Part shown: positions 10,678 through 21,900 of the stretch, in pieces
Numbering within the stretch: the first letter of the stretch is position 1
Layout: every line of letters starts with the position of its first letter
Source of the DNA: a virus
Lineage: Duplodnaviria > Caudoviricetes
Reading direction: 5' to 3' (one strand)
Length of the DNA stretch: 64,000 nt
Virus record (IMG/VR): IMGVR_UViG_3300046787_000508
Coordinates: 64,001 to 128,000 of that record
Made by a program: the position numbers and the translations under genes
Notes under the pieces: model-generated
What the model was told of the DNA's origin: nothing
The model's database searches: none
What the model saw: only the letters and a program-made list of their open reading frames with translations

Positions 10678-11589
10678 TTATACGAATGGTGTATCAGAAC
10701 TCCATTCTGAACCGTTGTTAACCAAATTGTTATAACCGGCAGCGTCAAAAACAGGGTTAGCTAATGAACCACCTAATAATAATAACTTAGTAGTTGCTGT
10801 GGCTGTTAATGGAGATGTTGGAACCGTTAACGAAGAACCTGTATAGATTGCTGAGTTATCCCAACGGAAGTTAGTTAAATAACCTGACCACCAGTTTGGA
10901 GAACCAGCTTCAGGGTCATCCACACCCATATTTAAGTCAAATCCGGCATTTACTGAATCTGTAATATCTCTATTGTCATTTAATTTAGTTTCAGCTAAAG
11001 TTCCGTCAATAAATAATTTTGTTGTTGTTCCACTTCTACAAATTGCAATGTGTGTCCAAGAACTTCCATCGTTATAACCATCAGGCATCGTACCATTTAA
11101 TGCACCACCATATGGCCAAATATAACATGTTGAACCTTCGATAGAACATCCGATAGTTGCTGTTGTGTTAAAACCTAAAGAGAATACTCTAGGGAAACTA
11201 CTACCACCAACTCCTTTCTTCATGAACCATTCGATTGTAAAATCTCCTGTGCCCGGTAACCAATTTACCAAGTCAGAGTTTAATGCCGTAACATATTGTG
11301 TACTACCATTAAACGTTATTGTCCCTGAGCCTTCAGCTGGTACAGTTGAAGGTATTGGTTCCCAACTAATGATATAATCATTGTGGGTTCCCATAAATGA
11401 ATTTTTAGGTGTTACATCATAACCATATACATTTCTCAACTCGCTAACCATTGAATCGTCAATATGTTGGTTATCGACAAATATACGATAAAGTCCTTGA
11501 GTTGTTGCACCTGTCACTAATTCATTAATATATGAAAGTGATGTTCTTGTTAATGTTGAACCTGTTGTTGCTACTGAGCCTGATATCAT
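10678..11589 (-). CDS. LamG/concanavalin A-like lectin domain protein
   Basis: GTGDFTIEWFMK, WTHIAICRSG..TKLFIDG, GYLTNFRW....IYTG LamG_3 motifs after an ~80-aa N-terminal domain. Confidence 0.8.
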   Translation of the reverse strand: MISGSVATTGSTLTRTSLSYINELVTGATTQGLYRIFVDNQHIDDSMVSELRNVYGYDVTPKNSFMGTHNDYIISWEPIPSTVPAEGSGTITFNGSTQYVTALNSDLVNWLPGTGDFTIEWFMKKGVGGSSFPRVFSLGFNTTATIGCSIEGSTCYIWPYGGALNGTMPDGYNDGSSWTHIAICRSGTTTKLFIDGTLAETKLNDNRDITDSVNAGFDLNMGVDDPEAGSPNWWSGYLTNFRWDNSAIYTGSSLTVPTSPLTATATTKLLLLGGSLANPVFDAAGYNNLVNNGSEWSSDTPFV

Positions 11590-11604
11590 TTTTTATTATT
11601 ATTT

Positions 11605-11976
11605 TTATTCTAAAGTTAATAGATAACTTAATTTATTGATTTCTCCCAACATTTCGTCACGAATATTTAATAAATCAGAATCTTTATCTGTTAAGTCTGA
11701 ATTCATCTCTAAAAGTTTTCCTTTGATTGTCTTTATAAAAAGTCCCAATTCTAAGTCAGAAATATTTTGTAGGTTTAAAGTTTTTTCGTTTTCACTCAAA
11801 GAAAATCTACCATACTTACCCATTGCCGTTTCAGTAAAGGTATCGATTAAATCATCAAGTGCCGAATATATTCCACCAAAAGCATTATGTCTTGCATAAC
11901 CTTTGGTTTGCCAATGTAAAATTCTAAATTGTGTTTGTGTTTCTAAAAGAAACTGAACATTAGTACTGAGCTGCAT
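11605..11976 (-). CDS. Ferritin/Dps-like four-helix protein (DUF5856-like)
   Basis: LHWQTKGYARHNAFGGIYSALDDLIDTFTETAMG parallels the Dps HWN...H..F...Y....D..AE ferroxidase pattern. Confidence 0.65.
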   Translation of the reverse strand: MQLSTNVQFLLETQTQFRILHWQTKGYARHNAFGGIYSALDDLIDTFTETAMGKYGRFSLSENEKTLNLQNISDLELGLFIKTIKGKLLEMNSDLTDKDSDLLNIRDEMLGEINKLSYLLTLE

Positions 11977-12655
11977 TATCTAAGTCTGGGTTAAATGATT
12001 TCATTATTTCGTCCTTACCGTAATTTTCAACGTCATCTTTTGTTAACACATATTCATTTTTACCACTTTGTCTCATCTCACCTTGTTTGTGAGCAAAAAA
12101 TTCTTGTGGTTTTTCATTAAATGGGTATGAATCTAAAGAACGCATGTTAAGTTTTTCTTCAGGAGTTTTTGGTTTTACTTGTTGAATTAATGAACCTAAT
12201 TCATCGATTTTAGCAAGTACAGTATCCATCTCACTTAATTTACCTTCTAATTCAGATAATTTAGAGAATACACTGTCCATCTTTTGGATTGCACCGTTAC
12301 TTTCATCTTTTGACGCGTCCATTTGTTTTTTGATACTTTTAGTCATATTAACTAAATCAGTAATATCAATTTCTTCAGTACTTTCCTCTTCCATACCAGG
12401 TTCCGCCGGTGCACTCATATCTTCACCTGGCATTGGTGGAGCTGGAACATCACCCATAGGTGCTGCGTCTGTTGGTGCTGAACTTGTGTCCAATGCAGGG
12501 TCAGCAGGCATTTCTAATGCGGGGTCCGCAACAGGTGCTTCATCACCCAACGCAGGTTCCTCAAGAGGTGCGTCTTGTTCCATAATCATTGTACTACCAT
12601 ATTTATTGATGGCCTTGTGACGCATCAATTCTTCGTGTAATTTGTTTTCTAACAT
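11960..12655 (-). CDS. Acidic Pro/Ala-rich protein with coiled coil (putative scaffold or head cargo)
   Basis: 231-aa ORF with a low-complexity D/E/P/A tract followed by a heptad-like region. Confidence 0.7.
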   Translation of the reverse strand: MLENKLHEELMRHKAINKYGSTMIMEQDAPLEEPALGDEAPVADPALEMPADPALDTSSAPTDAAPMGDVPAPPMPGEDMSAPAEPGMEEESTEEIDITDLVNMTKSIKKQMDASKDESNGAIQKMDSVFSKLSELEGKLSEMDTVLAKIDELGSLIQQVKPKTPEEKLNMRSLDSYPFNEKPQEFFAHKQGEMRQSGKNEYVLTKDDVENYGKDEIMKSFNPDLDNAAQY

Positions 12656-12659
12656 AATT

Positions 12660-12863
12660 TTAGTCTTGTAAAAGTTGTCTACCGTCTTCGGTAATGTATT
12701 TTTTATTTATTCTTTCAACGATTCCGTCTTTTGACCTGATTACGTAACATTCTCCGGTTACCATATCACACTCTTCTCTTTCCATTCCGTCGTTAGAAAC
12801 ACTCTTTACGGTTTTAGGTGAAAGGAATTGGTCCATTGTATTGTTTAGTCTATTATTTTCCAT
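12660..12863 (-). CDS. Hypothetical protein
   Basis: 67-aa ORF with ATG start, first gene after a TATTTATA motif. Confidence 0.65.
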   Translation of the reverse strand: MENNRLNNTMDQFLSPKTVKSVSNDGMEREECDMVTGECYVIRSKDGIVERINKKYITEDGRQLLQD

Positions 12864-12880
12864 AATATTGTTTTTATAAG

Positions 12881-12888
12881 TATAAATA
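12881..12888 (-). promoter_or_regulatory. TATTTATA motif (putative late promoter)
   Basis: GATATTTATA on the coding strand, 17 nt before the ATG at 12863. Confidence 0.6.
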
Positions 12889-12905
12889 TCTGTAACTTAG
12901 TTAAT

Positions 12906-15900
12906 CTACTCGGTCATTTTGAAATATACGATATCTCCATCGAATAATTTCAATTTATCAAGTAATGCTTTGGACATACCAATACCATATCCGTTAATTG
13001 ATGGTCCAACATTGACAGGTCCTTCGTATTTTTTATTTGTTACATTTATGTTAGTATCTAACGTATATCTAATATTTGCCGTTGGGTTAAGGAATTCAGT
13101 TTTTTTGAATTTATCCACAACAAAATCAGGAGTGGCCTTACCAACATTAAACTTAGTAGAATAATACATTTGTTTATTATCCTTTATGTCTGACCACTTT
13201 AATAATATTGGTGTGTCTATTGATTTGTTCAATTTAGAAACATAACTCATATTGATGTCATCGGCAATTGGATAATTCTTACCTCCCATTTGTACTACGT
13301 TAGCTCTTAACCATTCTTCTTTATTAAGTGTGATTAGTTGGACGTATTTTTCACCATCTTTTCCGTTAAATGGAATACCATACTCTTTGTAGTTCGTTTG
13401 ATTAACTAACTCCTCACCTTTTATTGGTGTTTTACTACTGATATCAATCGTAAAGGTTCCTTCTTCATTTTGGATAACTTTCTCAGTACCTTTGGCGTTT
13501 TGAAGTTGTAGATTTTCAGATTTAACTCTTGTTACCGCCTTTTTAACTAACTTATCAAATAACGACCTATACGATGCTAAGAATGAATCCTCAGGATTAG
13601 GTAATGATTGGATTGGTATTCTCGTTCCTTTGAATGAAGTTTCGATATTTCCCGCTCTAATGTTATGACTCACTTCAGTAATCCAGTATGAACCTCTGAA
13701 TAGTGGAATATTTTTTAAGTAGAAATACATGGTCGGTTGTATCATTACGTTACCTAAAGATGTTACATCACAAGTATACGATGATTGTCGATAAATGTCA
13801 AATAGTCCAATATCAATCTGTGCAGTACTTGAACCTGTTTCTTGTTGTCCAAGTCTTTCCATTATCTTAAACGACTCACTTGTATTTTTAATACTACTTT
13901 GGTCTAACTGTACGGATTTAAACATTGACTGATTTTGGTCACCAAAACTCACCTCGAATGCAACAACCTTATTTGCCTTTGAGTAGTCAGTATTAAGAAA
14001 CGCATCATTGGCAACTAATATTGGATTATTATTCGGGTCCCCGACGTTAAAACTGTCGTCTTTATATTTGTATTTCTTATTAATGTCGGATAATTCCAAG
14101 TGTTTTGATGTTGGTCCGATATATTGTAAAATAATTTTTGGTGATGATTCTTGGTAGTCTACTTCCAGAAATGTACCAAATAGACTTTCCGCAACTTTTT
14201 TAGTTGGTGTAATTTTTTTCTTATTCGTAAAGTTTGTTCCGTAGAAATTAACGTAAGCCGGTAACGCTCTCATATCAAATCCCGAATCTTGTATTAATAA
14301 CGACAACGCAGAATATAAATTAATTTTATCGTTTTTCTTATCTACCAAATTAACAAGTCTTTCCATGTCAAGGAAAACTTTATCACCAATGTCTTTGTTC
14401 GCCTTATCTATGAATAAAAATTCTTCCAACAATCCTCTTTGACCAATTGAATTACCGGCAATCCACTTATCATTAAACGATTTAAAATAATTGTAAAGTT
14501 CTAATTTAACAGGGTCGTCATTATAACCGTTAACAATGTTTAACACTTGAGTTCCTTTTTTAACCTCTAATTCTTTTTGTATTTTACTAACAAATCGAGT
14601 TAAAAATAAACTTAACCTATCGTTCATTGTACTAACATTGGTCACGGGGTTAACGGGTCCACTTATTAAATTTACACTTAAATAATTTATAAATGCAGAC
14701 TTTGGTGGGTAAACAAAACTATTGTAATTTACATCTGTTGGATTTAACCTTATGTATTCATTTTTTAAATTCTGAATGTACCCCGCGTAGATGTGGATTA
14801 TCGACCTAAATTGTTTTATGTTATCTTCACTAAGTTCAATGTTATTATTAACAAAGAAGTTTAGGTAGTCTCCACTAATATCTTCACCTAAAAATAATTT
14901 AATATTGTCTAAGTTATCTGTAAGTTGAGATGCGTTGAATTCATTAACTGAAAACGTTTGATTATCAATACCTGTGAAACCACCTAAAACGTAATTGTTT
15001 ATTTCTCTTGGATTACCTAAAGTTAACTTTATTAGGTTTTCGTTTGATAGTAATTCGTTGGTAATGTATTTTAAATTGTTAGTTTGTTCAGTTATTAATA
15101 GAGGTATTAGTTCATTAATATCCGTTGGATTGTTTACACCCTTTTTAACAGAAACGATTTCCTTTAATAAATCTTGGAATTTACTGTACTTAACGTTGTA
15201 TGGTTTGTACGGGATTTCTTCATTAATCTTACCACTTGCAAAGTCCAAGAACGCATCTTCAAATGTGTCTAAAATGTCCGATTTGAAAACGGCAATTAAA
15301 TCTATAATTTTCTTATAGTTAGAACTTATTGAGTATTTGTTAGTTATCGTTTTGTGATATTGTGAATACGTTGGTAACGTTTGACCACTATAGTTAATTG
15401 GTTTTTCACCCATCGGCAACGAATCAATTCCCCATAAAGTTCTGAAGTTATTTTGTTTTTCAAAATCAGATGAATCGTTGTAAAGATATCTTCTACCGTT
15501 ACTTGGTAGTAACGTATAACGTGTATCCGTTTTTGTGAATTTTGAATTGTCAATAAATGTTGTCCATCTCTTACCTCCAGTAATTGGTTGACCTTCTAAT
15601 AAGATGACGTTATTGTTAATTGCCGCACTAAAACTCGTTGCACCTGTAATCAAATTATAGTATGTATATCCATTAACAATTTGGTGAAATACCGATTGGT
15701 AAAATGGACATATTCCGAAATCGTTACTACTTTGTGTTACCGTTTGTCCGTTGTTTAATGTGTATGTTCTTCCTGACATTGCATCAAAAAATAACGGAAC
15801 ATTAATCGTTTCGGTTGTACCACTAATAATGTCAACACCTTCAGTTATAAATTTCTTATATCTGTGATATATTGACCCCCATTTTAAAATTAAATGATAT

Positions 15901-18656
15901 GGAATAAAATGTGTTGCGCCCACTTCTTTAAAAAGTGTGGATAATCTAACTTCACCAACGGTCGAATTTGTACCTTCTTTAACCACTTCATTTGGTGTTA
16001 TTTTATCATCTAAATCAATAAATGGTAATGAGTTTAATAAGAGATACGCCGAACCGACATACTTTTCGTTTATACCACTCTTTGTAAAATCTTTATAGAG
16101 TTGTTTATGAAAGTACGGTGTGTTTAATATATGTTTTGACAGGGTATTACCTGAAATATCTCTAAAATCCATCGTTTGGGTAAAAAGGTTTTCTTGAAAC
16201 TCTTTTTTCGCCCACATTTTTCCGTTAACAGATGAAGTAACAAATGCCTCATTAGTGTCCACTTTTAACATGTTGTTCAATAACAACTCACTATCTTTAT
16301 ATTCTGTGATATTAAGATACGATAAGTAGGTAGATGAGTTAAACGGATATAATGATAATCTATATGGTTCGGGTTTGTAATTACTTAAATCATAAGATAG
16401 TTTATCGTATTCTCCATCAAAATTTAACGTTTTAGATGTTTGAACATATTTTTCAATAAAAAAATCCTGTGATAATAAATCCTTTATATAACTTACCGTC
16501 GGTAATTGGTCTTGATAATAAGGCCACCTATCGAATGCCGAGAATCCCTTCATGTAAGTTTTTAAACTCTCAACGTCCTTTATATTCGTTTTTAAAATGT
16601 CAATAATGTCATAATCACCTTCAATTTGTGATTTCAAATTTGAAAATTCAATATCCGCCAATTGTTGTATTGTTTGATTACTGAAAGAATTAAATGACGT
16701 AGTGTATTTTGCTCTTTCAAAAATTTCATATAGAACAGATGCAATTGATTTATCATAATACGGTACGTATGGTGATAAATAAGTTAATGTACTAATGTCC
16801 TTTTTACTTAATTTAGCAGTATCGGTTTCAAATGTAAAACTGATACTATCGGGATTACCCTCCTTATTTGCCAATGGGTCCGATTTTTTTGTTGACACTT
16901 GGTAGAAATTCTCAACGAAGTCTACTTCAGGCCAAAGATTTCTATCATTGGATTGTAACTTTCCAACCATATCTTTACTACCTGGGTATACTAAAACTGA
17001 ATTTTTACCCCCTGCGGTTTGTTTTTTCACTTCCGGCCAAGGATATATATCATCACCAATACTATCGGTCGATATATTTTTTAATAAATCTTTTCTAACA
17101 TTCGAAGCTTCAAACGCCTTGTAATGTACATCTCGTAATAATCGAATGTAAGCATCGGCGTTTGCAAGAATAACACCAACAATATTTCTTATTGTAGGTT
17201 CAAATCCAATTCCAAGAGTACCATCACTAACGATTGCATTCATTTTCTTTTCGATATTCAATTCAAGTTTGTTTCTTTGTTCAACAAAATCTCTTTGAAT
17301 GTCATAAAGGGTTTCTAATAAGTCATCAATATTAACCCCTACTTTATCTTTAGTTCTATAAAAGTTTTTTAAATTCTTTAATCTCCCAAATGATACAGGA
17401 TGAATATCAAAGTCTAACTTACGTAATAGTTTCTTATCTCTATTTTCACCGAAAGCCTCGTTTTGACTTAATTTATCTGAGTAATTTTTAATAATGGTTT
17501 CTAAAGTTCCTGATGTGGTTGAACCTGTGATAGTTGTTAGTTCAGTCTTTTTGTTGCCCGCTAATTCGTGCCATCTTTTAAAGTAGGTTGTACCATCAGG
17601 TTTTTGAGTTGGAATATCGTCCTCCTCATATACCGCCGATAGATGTTTCGATTTCCAACCGATAATTGCGTTTTCAAATGTCGTTATTGTATCTTCAAAA
17701 TTTTTAATACCTGCAAGTACTTTATGGTCAATAATTTTTGAGAATAATTCCTTTTCTAAAATACTGTTTAATCTACCGGCAATAACAATTACTTCCCTCA
17801 ATGTTCTTGGTGGGAAGTCTTTGGGTAATAATCCTTTATTTATATATTCTTGATAAACCGATTTTAATATACTATAACCTTTTGTTGATTTTGTAACTTT
17901 CTTATCTTGTAATTTGGTATTACCATTAATGTTTCCATCGGTTGTTGTTTCAGTTAAAAACATATATGGTGCATCTAAAATACCTTCCAACGGAATGTCC
18001 GAAAGATAAGCATGAGTTGACCCAATAAATGATGTTGTTACTTCAAAGTTACCATTGGATGAATTATATCTTGAATTAAACTTAACTAAGTGTAATCTGT
18101 ATCTTATCGCCTTACCGTAAAATCCTTTTACCGTTAGATAAAATATTGGCCATGGTAAATGAAAGAATGCTTGATATGGTGAATTTTCAGGTGATTCAAA
18201 TAATGTCTTCCCTCTTACATCAACAAAATTAATGGTAACCCTAGGTACCGCATTGGCACCTGTAATGTCAATTTTTATATTGTCTATACCGAAACCCTGA
18301 CCTGAAGTATCTGACATGATAAAATCATCGTCAATTTTTTTTGTTGCACTATTTTGTTTAATCTCAGTATATGTTTCGGTCCAAGTCGAATCAAAATCTT
18401 TTCCTTGGTTACTCATCATATTGAACGTACCCTTTGCAATTGAAGTAAGAGTGTTTCGTTCATTACCTGACACAAGTATTGAACGGGGAATTAAATCCGC
18501 CTCTAAGTTAACATACATAACCAAATTTTCAGGTTGTATGTCTCTTGGCGATATTTCTCCATTAGATACTACAGTGTTAGGGTCGATAAACATTAAGTTG
18601 TTTTGGTCAACCTTTACTAATATATCATTACTTTTTTTTAAATTATTGTTCCCCAT
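12906..18656 (-). CDS. Giant baseplate hub-like protein (gp27/GpD-like N- and C-terminal halves) with C-terminal DPBB-like domain
   Basis: N-terminal FGIDNIKIDI..VPRVTINFVDVRG and late TCDVTSLGNVMIQPTMYFYL..GSYWITEVSHNI..IETSFKG are hub-like. It follows tape measure, tube initiator and LysM genes. Confidence 0.65.
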   Translation of the reverse strand: MGNNNLKKSNDILVKVDQNNLMFIDPNTVVSNGEISPRDIQPENLVMYVNLEADLIPRSILVSGNERNTLTSIAKGTFNMMSNQGKDFDSTWTETYTEIKQNSATKKIDDDFIMSDTSGQGFGIDNIKIDITGANAVPRVTINFVDVRGKTLFESPENSPYQAFFHLPWPIFYLTVKGFYGKAIRYRLHLVKFNSRYNSSNGNFEVTTSFIGSTHAYLSDIPLEGILDAPYMFLTETTTDGNINGNTKLQDKKVTKSTKGYSILKSVYQEYINKGLLPKDFPPRTLREVIVIAGRLNSILEKELFSKIIDHKVLAGIKNFEDTITTFENAIIGWKSKHLSAVYEEDDIPTQKPDGTTYFKRWHELAGNKKTELTTITGSTTSGTLETIIKNYSDKLSQNEAFGENRDKKLLRKLDFDIHPVSFGRLKNLKNFYRTKDKVGVNIDDLLETLYDIQRDFVEQRNKLELNIEKKMNAIVSDGTLGIGFEPTIRNIVGVILANADAYIRLLRDVHYKAFEASNVRKDLLKNISTDSIGDDIYPWPEVKKQTAGGKNSVLVYPGSKDMVGKLQSNDRNLWPEVDFVENFYQVSTKKSDPLANKEGNPDSISFTFETDTAKLSKKDISTLTYLSPYVPYYDKSIASVLYEIFERAKYTTSFNSFSNQTIQQLADIEFSNLKSQIEGDYDIIDILKTNIKDVESLKTYMKGFSAFDRWPYYQDQLPTVSYIKDLLSQDFFIEKYVQTSKTLNFDGEYDKLSYDLSNYKPEPYRLSLYPFNSSTYLSYLNITEYKDSELLLNNMLKVDTNEAFVTSSVNGKMWAKKEFQENLFTQTMDFRDISGNTLSKHILNTPYFHKQLYKDFTKSGINEKYVGSAYLLLNSLPFIDLDDKITPNEVVKEGTNSTVGEVRLSTLFKEVGATHFIPYHLILKWGSIYHRYKKFITEGVDIISGTTETINVPLFFDAMSGRTYTLNNGQTVTQSSNDFGICPFYQSVFHQIVNGYTYYNLITGATSFSAAINNNVILLEGQPITGGKRWTTFIDNSKFTKTDTRYTLLPSNGRRYLYNDSSDFEKQNNFRTLWGIDSLPMGEKPINYSGQTLPTYSQYHKTITNKYSISSNYKKIIDLIAVFKSDILDTFEDAFLDFASGKINEEIPYKPYNVKYSKFQDLLKEIVSVKKGVNNPTDINELIPLLITEQTNNLKYITNELLSNENLIKLTLGNPREINNYVLGGFTGIDNQTFSVNEFNASQLTDNLDNIKLFLGEDISGDYLNFFVNNNIELSEDNIKQFRSIIHIYAGYIQNLKNEYIRLNPTDVNYNSFVYPPKSAFINYLSVNLISGPVNPVTNVSTMNDRLSLFLTRFVSKIQKELEVKKGTQVLNIVNGYNDDPVKLELYNYFKSFNDKWIAGNSIGQRGLLEEFLFIDKANKDIGDKVFLDMERLVNLVDKKNDKINLYSALSLLIQDSGFDMRALPAYVNFYGTNFTNKKKITPTKKVAESLFGTFLEVDYQESSPKIILQYIGPTSKHLELSDINKKYKYKDDSFNVGDPNNNPILVANDAFLNTDYSKANKVVAFEVSFGDQNQSMFKSVQLDQSSIKNTSESFKIMERLGQQETGSSTAQIDIGLFDIYRQSSYTCDVTSLGNVMIQPTMYFYLKNIPLFRGSYWITEVSHNIRAGNIETSFKGTRIPIQSLPNPEDSFLASYRSLFDKLVKKAVTRVKSENLQLQNAKGTEKVIQNEEGTFTIDISSKTPIKGEELVNQTNYKEYGIPFNGKDGEKYVQLITLNKEEWLRANVVQMGGKNYPIADDINMSYVSKLNKSIDTPILLKWSDIKDNKQMYYSTKFNVGKATPDFVVDKFKKTEFLNPTANIRYTLDTNINVTNKKYEGPVNVGPSINGYGIGMSKALLDKLKLFDGDIVYFKMTE

Positions 18657-18969
18657 AATATAGTTTATACAGTTCTATGTTTTTTCTATAATCTTGTAAG
18701 GACGGAACAAGTGGAAATGGAATCCTCATAACAAAGTTATTAGGTATTTCAAATTCGATTCCACCCGCAGTTGGGTTGGCCTGTAAAATTAACCAACCAA
18801 ATAACGGTGTGTCATAATATTCTTGTGACATCTTATCCAATCTATCTTTATTTTTTTTAAATTGAACGTATTTGTCTGTTGACTTAATAGGTAATTCAAT
18901 TCCCGGTACAATTTTAAAATTACCGTCTTCCAAAAAATATTGGTATCTATCTATGTATTGACTATTCAT
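18643..18969 (-). CDS. LysM-like / tail protein X (gp53-like) baseplate component
   Basis: DRLDKMSQEYYDTPLFGWLILQANP....F.IP....MRIP matches the gpX/gp53 LysM pattern. Confidence 0.8.
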   Translation of the reverse strand: MNSQYIDRYQYFLEDGNFKIVPGIELPIKSTDKYVQFKKNKDRLDKMSQEYYDTPLFGWLILQANPTAGGIEFEIPNNFVMRIPFPLVPSLQDYRKNIELYKLYYGEQ

Positions 18970-21900
18970 TATCTTACGTAATTTAATGTATCAGTTGATT
19001 TCACTTTTCCTGTGGTGTTCACTTTTACTAATTGTTCCTTTTGTGTATCATTAAATGTAAAGGTTTCATTTGTAATATTAAATGAAACTTTATTACTATC
19101 CTTCTGAATTGGGTATTTTTTTACTTTTAAATCCTTTTCTTTTGGTGTAACCATAAATTTATTAAGTCTTTTTTCAATATCAGCTAAAATCCTTTTTGTA
19201 AAAATGGTTTCATCTTTCGTGTATAATCCCTTTATTTCCTGTATTGAATCTTTCAATAGAATTGATAGGAAATTCGTCATATCTTCGGTTGTCATTGTGG
19301 ACGTACTTTCAAAAATATATGAATCATCTAAATCTTCATAAAATTTACTTTGTTTATCACGTATGAATTTTATGTTGTTGTCATATTTTGAATAGAGTTT
19401 ATCATAGGTAAAACCAGATAATTCAGCACCAATGTATTGGTCCTTATCTACTTTACCGTCATGACCCGTTTCAACTAAGAAATTTACCTTATCTAAAGTT
19501 AAAATTAAATCGTTTCTACTTTTTTCAATGTCAACAATCGATTTATTACTTGAGAACGTGTCAATCATTTCACTAACTTTTTTAATAATGAATGGTTTTA
19601 AAATCTCTTCCGATTTCTTAACAACAGGTTCCGTCATATCTCTATCAAACTTAAACATTTCGGTCATACTTTCACTTTCAATTTTACTAATAAAAATTTG
19701 TTTGAAGTCATTAGCCATTACCGATAGTTCTTTATTTTTTACATAATCACCGAATAACTGAATTGTTTCAGTACCCGCACCTGTTTGTACCGTATAGTTT
19801 CTTATTGTTCTATATGTTGGTGATAGGAACATCGATGATAACGTATCCCCATATTGTTTAACAATGTTATTATACCCCGTAATATACGTTTTAGTATAAT
19901 TCTCGGTATCCTTAAACACTTGTTTTACTAAATCTGTGTAATCTAAAGTTTTATCATTTAAAGTTCCAATGTATTTCCCTTCAGTTACTTTATTGGTTTG
20001 TGTTAATGCATCAACCGCGTTTGGTTTTACTTCTGAAGGTTTAGATAAATTTAAAGTTTGTAAAAACTCTTTTGTAAATTTACTTCTATCTTCAGTTGCC
20101 GTTGCTCTTGGGTCATACACTTCACTATTTGCAAAGAAATTGGAAGATAACGCGTTCTGTAATCTCTCCACAGGTTTTTCCATACCTTGTCCACCAATAA
20201 AACTAATACTCAATGTAGCGGTCGCAATCATTGGTTGAACTCCGATACCTTCAGGATTTAAATCCCATGTACCTTCGTCAAATGAGAAGTTCACGTCACG
20301 GATAATAATTTTTGAGTGGTAGAAATCACCAACTCTCAATACACAAATAGGTGGAGGACCAAATGTAGTGTTTCTCGCATTTATATCACTCTCATCTGAT
20401 ATTCCTTTAATGGGTATAGTGTCTCCGGGTCTAATACATTGTTGTAAAAATGTTAGACGTGAGTTTAAACCCTCAGGTGTTGTTGAGTGGAAACCAGGGT
20501 GAAAGTATCTTAACTTTTCTTTTAACGAGTTAAATTGAACCGGTGAATCTTCCTCTAAAATTTTAAAGTAATGACATTCAGAAAGAACTTTCATTACAAT
20601 ATTTTTAAGTGGGTCAATACTTGGTTTTCTATCTTTCGCTTTTGGTTTTTCCTCGTATGGTACCAATCTTGTTTTAGGAACCTCAGTTATAGATGGTGGT
20701 GGTGTCGTTGCCGGTACATCCGGTGGTTTAACCGAATAGTTAACCTCAAATGTTGTTTCTCTACACCAAAATGTTATCGGTGCAGTTCTTTTAAGGTCAT
20801 TTGACGTTGTTACCAATTTATTATCACTACAATCGACATTTTTATGACTACCGATTGAACCGTTTGTTAATTGTTCACCAATATTTGAAACATATTCAAT
20901 TGTAAATTTACCTTCATTGTCAGTATATCCGAAATCTTTTAAAGATATTTCAATTGCACTTTCTTTAGCTGACTTATCTTTAGTTGTTACAACGTTTTTC
21001 CATTTAACTTTATCTAAAGCGGTTGTTGTTCCGTCTTTAGATATTTTTGTAATTAAATCGGTAATAATACTATAACTTCTTCTGTATGCTAATTTTAAAT
21101 TATAATTGTCGTCAGCAACCGCAGATGTGGTTGATGATAGTTTAATTTTAATATCTTTAACTGTTTTATCTGTTAATCCCTTTTTAAGTTCCTCATACTT
21201 TTCATTTACTTTAGGGTATGTCGTACTTAACTCATTAAATGCATCATCTATCTGTTTTTCAACTTCAGTTTTTAATGCCGGTACTTCAGATATGTTTGGT
21301 TTTGTTGGCGATTCTTTTCCAAATAAAATTTTATAATCTTTTTTAGATTTTGGTCCCCACGTACCGTTAACCAATAAGTTATCTAAACCTTGGTTTAATT
21401 CTTTTTTATATTCACCTTCCTTTAACAACATGTAATGGTCAAACTCTTTTTGGTATGTTGTGTCAGAATATAAATCACCTTTAGAACTACCTTTTGTTGG
21501 GTAATCGTTAGGGAAATATAACGTCGCTGAAAAACTCTTAGGGTCTGTTTTATTTGGGTCGGTATTTGGTACCGCACCTCCATTATCAGGTGTTCCAGGA
21601 TTTTCAATTGGGTCTGTTACACTTGTAAATTGTGTAATTGTTTGTGGGTCGTTATTTCCATTTAAAAATGCCTGTATTGTAGTAATATCTGTTTGACTTA
21701 AAGTTACATACTTTCGAATCAAATCGTAAAAATCTACGTCTTGACATCCCGCAAAAAACGCATTAATGTAATTTTCAGACTCCTCATCTGACATCCCTTT
21801 AAAGTGTTCTCTTACCAATAAGTTTAATACACTTGGGTGGTCAACAACAATCTTAAAACTAATTTGTCCCGTTCTTTCAGTATTTTGATACGTGTAAACA

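Noticed and set aside
13111-13119. Perfect DnaA box TTATCCACA
   Set aside because: A single copy inside a coding region, expected by chance.
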